DNA from: Takakia lepidozioides
Taxonomy: Eukaryota; Plantae; Bryophyta
NCBI GenBank assembly: GCA_030704615.1
Contig: CM060732.1
Location: forward strand, 70,184,001 to 70,248,000
Direction of reading: 5' to 3'
Length of the DNA: 64,000 nucleotides
Shown: piece by piece, positions 57,423 to 64,000 of the stretch
Position numbering within the stretch: position 1 is the first letter of the stretch
Layout: each line of letters begins with the position of its first letter
Notes under the pieces: generated by a model
Told to the model about the DNA's origin: nothing
The model's database searches: none
Seen by the model: only the letters and a program-made list of their open reading frames with translations
Program-made: the position numbers and the translations under genes

Positions 57423-60400
57423 ATGCCACTTCCTGCACTAGGCGCACCATTGCGACGTCATTGTCGTGAAGGAGTTCTTGACGCCATCCTGCGATGGAAG
57501 CCCCACGTGATGCTCATGTGGGTTCTCTACCTTCCATTGATGTCTTGCTCTGAGTTGTGTTGATTGAAGATGAACTACGAAAAGTGAAAGCATGCAGGTT
57601 GAGAAGCACATCTTTGATGAAGGGAGGTGCAATGTCCGCAGGCGGTGCTGCAGAAGCTGTCGATAGCGGGCTGGCTACGAGCACATGGCAAGTTTGTGAG
57701 GCCTGAGTTAACCAAGAAACAGCGGCAGGAACTGAAGGAGTGTTTTGAACTTATTGACGCCGATGGTTCTGGTAACATTCTTTGTCGACAACACCCACGT
57801 TCATTTCGTGTATATACTGAATTATATGGAGAGGGACCAGGAGAATTATCAACGATGGCTTCAAATGTGCATATTTCAGATTCAACAGCGGGATTAGATT
57901 GTATCTTTGTTCAGCTGTAAACAACGTTCACTGAAAAGTGCAGGGTCAATTGCATGTGTGGGCTTGCAGGCGCGATAGATGCGTCGGAGATGTTGACAGC
58001 CTTCAATGTACTGGGTATGCATGTGAAGAAGTCCGAGGTTGAAGCAATGCTGGCCGAAGTGGATGCTGACGGTTCTGGCGAGGTAGTAAAATTCCGGGGT
58101 GATGTGTCTATCCCCTTCAAACACTCTTCTGCCCAGAATTTGTCTCCTTTTTAAAATACTGGGCAATGCAGCATGTGGGAGTACAGTAAAAACAGGTTTT
58201 TTCTACAATCTGCATGTTTAGAACTCTGACCCTGGTTGATCTGAAACATAAAGACAAGGTTGGAGCTGTGGTATAGGTCCTCAACACATCAATTTGGGAG
58301 TCTGAATCAGGACACCCATTGTACCACAACTGCTACTTACTCTGTGAAATCCCAGGAGAGAGGGGAAGAGAGATGCTCACTGACCTTTCCTGCCAATGGC
58401 GTTTATGACTTCAGCTTCAGGGTACAGTCCCTGTGGGATGTCACAGAGCAGTTGTGGGGCTTCTATCCAGAAGTTTTTGAAAATTTAGCCCGAAATTGCT
58501 GTAGCACTTGGCGTGGCAGCCAATGACAAGTTAATGTACAGTAAGGGCTGTTGGAGATTTTATTGGTAAAAACGCAATGTTGACACCAGTGCTGGTGCCC
58601 TGCCTTCAATCTCGCACATGTGAGAGGTGTGGCTGTGATGGCACTGCAGTTGATAGATAGAAAGAGAGTTTCTTTCTTGTATCCATGATCTCATGCGAGG
58701 ATCAAATGTTGTGTCCCATACAGGTAGAGTACCCTGAGTTTGTCCAAATAATGACAACGAAGCTGGACAGACAGCAACCAGATGCCTCTCCTTCCAGAGC
58801 TGATGGTATGCTTCAAATCTTCTACCTTTCCTTGTGGGATAGATTGTAGTAATTAAAAGTAAGTAATCTCTTTTCTCTCCTACTACAGTTTTCTTTACTG
58901 ATGCACAGGTTGCACATCTGTTTTTCATGTCTCTATGTGTATTGTGGTTCATGTCTTTGTTCGTATGTCAAGTGATCCTTCAGATTGGAGATTCAAAAGA
59001 GCCTGTGTCCATCAACTCACAGCCTTCGTTCTATTTTACATTCATGAAATAGTATCTTGGAAATGTTCTGCAGGAAAGTCAGGGAAGCAGCAGACTCTGC
59101 CATTTCCCCTTTTGGCCCAAGCATATAGGAGGAAGAAGGTTAGAAACCATTATCTTGCTAGGTCCATGTTTCCTTATTGTCATGCTCTCTTCTGTTTGAA
59201 AATTCCTTATCTCTTACATGAGCTCTCAGTGGTCCCCTTGTGTGTCTCTTATGTACGCCAGCATATATCCGAACCAACTTAGGATTATCAAGGTTTGGTA
59301 ACAGAGAACTCATGAACATATCATGGTCATGTAAGTAAGAGTTATACCATAACCCAACACGAACATATTTTTCCACCTCTGTAAATTGATGATGTTCCCA
59401 TGTCACATTTTAGTTTTGTCACAAGACATGCAAGATATGCGAAGTGTGTGTGCTGGGAGTGTTCCATTTTGCGATTCTTCTCCCATTCTTTCTGGTGCTG
59501 TTGAAATGTAAGTAGCTAATGAGGACATCCACAGAGAGAGTCTATTGAGGGGAAGAACATGGGGGAAGGTTTGGCATACAGCTGATGGAGGCAGTGATGG
59601 GAGGGGACAAGGCAACACAAGAAAGATTGCAGGCACGTGCAGATGCTGCTGAGGCTGAGCGGCGAGCAATGTTGGATGAAGCAGCCAACCAGAAGCAGGT
59701 TGTGCCTTTCTCTGTCATGGTCCCTGTCATTGCACACCGACAGGGTCTGCTGCATCTAAAATTAACCATGCTGATGTGCAGTTTGGTTCAGATAGATTTA
59801 CTCTCTCTCTATGCACAGATCAGAGTATCCTTCAAAGTTTACAGTTGATAGTCCTATGATAAATACATTTTGCCAAGGCTCGTGCAAAGCCAAGTATCTT
59901 ATTTTGGTGTGTAGCTAGACTGTATTGAATGTATGGTAGCTATCTCATAAGTAGCTCTAGGGCTCTGTTAGTAACTAATCTGGCCACAGTCCATACACAA
60001 AGATGTCTGCAGTAGAAGGCCACACAGCCTAGTGAATGGCCATCTTAGAGCAAGATAAGGGCTTTTTGTTGGTTCAAAGGCATGAACACGCATCTCCAGA
60101 GATGAGATTCATGCCTTTCTTATGCCTTTTTGTGTCCATCCAGGCGATCAAGAAAATTCAACAAAAAACTCTCACTAGTGTGGCAAGCCAGGTACAACTA
60201 GTCACACAACTATTTTTCCTGTGTGTGTGTGTATCTCTCTCTTGGTTCTTGGTACCTTGTCCCAGGGTCCTCATGGCCTTCTGTGGACATTATAAATTTC
60301 TCTCCTTTTTTGCTTGAGCTTGCTCATGTGCCCTCACTTTCTTGATTTGACATAGGAGAGTTTAGTCAGCTGTATAGGAAAAATACGCTCATCTTAAAGT

Positions 60401-61957
60401 TCCTTGATTTAGTATATCCACACATACACCTGTTGTGTTCAATAGTGTGAGGGTGGTTGAAATGCAGAGGATCAGACGAGCTGCAAAATTGAAACAAAAT
60501 GAATTCAAGAAGTTACATGTTACTGGTGCCCCTTCACCCAGACAAGTTTAGAGATGTTGCAAGCTAAAAAATGGAAGAATCAAAGATGAAGTGTGGTCAC
60601 ACCAGTGTGGTGCCATGCATGACCTTGTTTGTGCTTTTGGCAAATTAATGTCATGATTAATGTCAGATCTTTGTTGCATATTATAGCTCCGTACATTTCT
60701 CATGTTGAAGCCAGCCAGTTGCAAAAATGAGGACTCCAATATTCTTACACAATTTACCAATAACCTCATGTCTCTTATATGGAGGACCAGAGTGACCAAT
60801 TCTGTCATGACTGAACTTATCCCAAAACTCAAGTACACAGAATCCAAAACTTTGGGACGTCTGAGCTGAGCTTTGTTTTTACAAGAGCATCCAAATTGTC
60901 AAGGAGGTCCTTAGGCAAAACAGGGGGGTATGGAGTAGAATTTGCCGGTCATTGTATCTTGTAGAGGAAATTGAAGCATGGGAGGAGTGGCTGATGTTAT
61001 GCGTGCAGAATCGCCGCTGCCATCATATGTGATAGAACACATGGATTCGGATGTGAAGAAAGTGTTGTACAACATCCATGAGCGTGCTTCTGTACGCCGT
61101 ACATCCATGGCTGGCGAACGAGATAAGGCTACCACCAATTCCAAATCCGACATTGCTCCTATACCTGAGAAGTCGGAGGAGAAGCCCACCACTTCTTCAG
61201 AAGACAAGGTTGATGAAGTATCTGTATCACCAGGTACAAGTCTCTAGGCATTTCCATTGCTGGACACTTGGGCTGTTTCAGACGCTTAGAATTAAAGTTA
61301 CTGCGATATGATGCCTCCACTCTTTGCTGTGGTTTCAGACAGTAACTAAAACTGGCTGTTGTTCCACACGACAGCCAGTTTCACACCCAGCTATTTAATA
61401 GGAAAATGCCTCCCTGTTATTCACCTTGAGCAGTTAAAATTGGGTATATGCAAAACATTTTTCTCACCAAACATTTGCTACTCTTGATATGACTGCAGAG
61501 AACTTGAAAGAAGTTATTAAGACAGTCAAAGCAATGCCAAACTCAGCTTATCCTCCTCCTCGAATTGCGAACACCGCCTACAAGGAGGACTTCAAAAAGC
61601 TTGTCGCGTTTCGTTCAATGGTAACTTTTCTCCCTGTCTCATAACCCACCTCTCTCCCCGTTACCTTCTTATCTCTCCACAACCAACTCGAATGGCAATG
61701 AGCAGGTGCGACACAAGCCAACATTGGAGCAGCAGTTGCTGCATGTGCATGCAATCAAGTCCCTCCACGATTATTTTGAGGAAGGACATTGGGAGATCAA
61801 AGGAAGTCCACTACAGTATGCTGCATCACAGCATGCTACCAGCATTTCAATAACAGCTGCTTCTCTTGAAGATCGCCCCAGCTCCACTAGTTTCGGAAAA
61901 CTGAGGCCTCGTCCAATGTCGAGCTTGGGTGAGCTATGCAGGCCCAGATGGATCTAA
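57423..61957 (+). CDS. Centrin/caltractin-like EF-hand protein with long non-EF C-terminal extension
   Basis: Exons 57423-57506, 57642-57771, 57970-58082, 58724-58805, 59074-59138, 59582-59698, 60144-60191, then less certain exons near 60468, ~61009-61232, ~61499-61620, 61706-61957. EF hands: LTKKQRQELKECFELIDADGSG|AIDASEM and EVDADGSGE|VEYPEF. Start codon and middle exons are uncertain. Confidence 0.75.
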
Positions 61958-62432
61958 TCCTATGTCCTTCTATCTCAACAACCGCATCTTTTGCAATCCT
62001 TGCAGCATCACTGCTGTTGTTTTTTTGCTACCTGTGGTACTCCCATCTATCTGCAACTTTAGCAAGGTTTTTGGGACCATTGTTTCTGAGTGACTCACAA
62101 CACACAGTCTACAACACACAGCTAGGATATCACTTGTCACAGGCGGCACTCCTCCTGATAGTGGTGATCCAGATTGTTACTTGAGGGAGCAATAGCTAAC
62201 ACATGCACGCGAACAAAAGCAGATGCTCATCTCAGTACTTGATCCAAACTAACCTGCCAAAAAGGAGCTACACACCTTCAAAGGGCCAGAAATGGTGCAC
62301 AGTTTTATAGCTTATTTAGACTAGATTTATTTCTCCACTCCCTGTTATAGTTGGCCAGCTTATTTACAGGTGGGGAGCCACTATCCAAGTAGGATAGTTA
62401 ATGTTGAAAGAATACAATACTGTACAGGAATA

Positions 62433-64000
62433 TCAGTGGAAGATTTGGGACGAAGCATAGTATTCACTCTCATTGAACACTGGCCTCAAATCTACTTGGG
62501 ACATGAATTCAAGGGGGAAGAATACAAGATGTCCACGCACACCGTCAGTGGGTTTGTCTTTGCTAACTTCCATACGCAAAGAGTCCGTGTCTAATTCCTC
62601 GGGGGCAATGCCGAGATCAATGGTTGTGTGCCCAGCTTTCTCTTTTCGCTGAGCCAACGCTTGCCGCAGAGCAACTCTGGAATGTATAGAATCAGCTGGA
62701 ATGCAGCCGAATACAGTTGCATAAATGCTAGTGTTGAGCCGAGCTCGAGACATCCACACATCTTTGTAAGTGGCGTCGCACACAGGATCCCTAACCAAAC
62801 TAATCTTTGAAGGCTGAATACCCAGATGCTCTGCCCAAAGGGATAATCGTAGCGAGTATGCAAAGCGGCCTGCCCTCCAGGGTTTGCCAGCCATGGTGGA
62901 GCTCACGTAGTCATCGTCCTCCAAAACCACACCCATCTCTGAGTCTCGTGAACCCAGTAGACTTCTGTCGTTGATGTTCGCGGAGCCTATCAACACAGTT
63001 CGATCATCGACTATCATGATCTTGCTGTGCACGTATACTTGACTTGTGGCCAATGGGCCGTTCTCATATAGCCTCCCATGATTCCGTAGTCCATAGAATG
63101 ACACATAGTTTTCTGCTTCAGGCCCAATTGTATCAAACAGGCGTTGCAGCAAGGAGTGTCTACCCCGACAGATTGTCCGATACTGCCAGTGCATTATCAA
63201 TCTCACTGATGCAGCACCCCCTTCATCTACTCCTCCCTGAAACCCAGGCAGCAAGGGCATGACCACAATAACCCGAAAGCACTGACCCTCCTTGTGCGCA
63301 CGCATGATTCGGAGATACAGTGCTTCGAGTAGCCGGTTGTGGATCGTATCATCACCATCTAGACCTGAAATGAAGAACTGGTTCTCGATGTAGATAAAGT
63401 ACTGAGCTTTCTCAATGAGCGAACAGTATGCGGCATGGATGCTTCTCTCCTCCGGCTGGCTTGTGCCTGCCGACCATTGCCCCACACTTCGTATCACTTG
63501 GCAACGACATGCTACCCGGGGTCCAACATCACCAATTGGGTCCAACTTTGCTACCTGCCCAGGTTCACCCTCCTCTACCTCCCACCACTTGCCTCCTACG
63601 TCTCCATTCTCTTTAAAAATCTGCTCCTTATCAACATCGTGGAAATGTTGATAAGGCCCAACCCCTGTGCCACACAGTGGTGAAATCCCAACCAACTCTC
63701 TTGGGTTCCGTTCCATCCTATTGCCGCTCCCCCTACGATCCACCTCGTGTCCTTGCTCTTTGGGAAGCAGCAATGGTATGTCTGCATATGAGGATCGTGC
63801 AGTGTCCGAAGCTTGCTGAAGCTCATGTTCAACCAATGCCTCAGCCTCTTCGTGACCCGTCAGAAAGTGAGGGATAACCATGCGATTATGTGGCAAAAGC
63901 AGGGGAATTGCTCGCTGATTTGGTGCCTTACTTCTCTTTGCGTAGTTCCATCGCTGCACGAAATGCCTTGCAATGTCCCGGCATGGGGGTCCCCAGAGCG
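62433..64000 (-). CDS. PLDzeta: Phospholipase D zeta (PX-PH type), 3' half, running off the window
   Basis: Open frame with CQVIRSVGQWSAG, YIENQFFISG, the second HKD motif VYVHSKIMIVDD-x-IGSANINDRS and the C-terminus ESEYYASSQIFH typical of plant PLD-zeta. Confidence 0.93.
   Translation of the reverse strand, partial: LWGPPCRDIARHFVQRWNYAKRSKAPNQRAIPLLLPHNRMVIPHFLTGHEEAEALVEHELQQASDTARSSYADIPLLLPKEQGHEVDRRGSGNRMERNPRELVGISPLCGTGVGPYQHFHDVDKEQIFKENGDVGGKWWEVEEGEPGQVAKLDPIGDVGPRVACRCQVIRSVGQWSAGTSQPEERSIHAAYCSLIEKAQYFIYIENQFFISGLDGDDTIHNRLLEALYLRIMRAHKEGQCFRVIVVMPLLPGFQGGVDEGGAASVRLIMHWQYRTICRGRHSLLQRLFDTIGPEAENYVSFYGLRNHGRLYENGPLATSQVYVHSKIMIVDDRTVLIGSANINDRSLLGSRDSEMGVVLEDDDYVSSTMAGKPWRAGRFAYSLRLSLWAEHLGIQPSKISLVRDPVCDATYKDVWMSRARLNTSIYATVFGCIPADSIHSRVALRQALAQRKEKAGHTTIDLGIAPEELDTDSLRMEVSKDKPTDGVRGHLVFFPLEFMSQVDLRPVFNESEYYASSQIFH

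Overview
Gene-dense eukaryotic DNA with GT-AG introns from a land plant. A non-seed plant such as a hornwort is inferred from the compact introns, a centrin-like gene and the divergent gene set. Gene order: BTB-domain gene (5' end off-window, apparent 1-nt frameshift), acetylornithine aminotransferase (-), C3HC4 RING gene (+), divergent SnRK1-alpha kinase (+), an ~8 kb transposon-debris region (Copia gag, LINE endonuclease, MITE-like and tRNA-derived remnants), N-myristoyltransferase (-), a cytosolic methionyl-tRNA synthetase carrying both an N-terminal GST-like and a C-terminal EMAPII-like domain (+), a rearranged block, a centrin-like EF-hand gene (+) and the intron-free 3' half of a PLD-zeta gene (-). 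The most striking structure is 37.2-61.6 kb. It reads as a tandem duplication of [MetRS 3' part - SPH secreted-protein gene - centrin-like gene], followed by a clean inversion of 50673-56981. This left two intact, inverted S-protein-homologue (SPH) genes flanked by decaying partial copies of MetRS and the centrin-like gene, and created long inverted repeats against the functional MetRS. Exon coordinates were read by eye.
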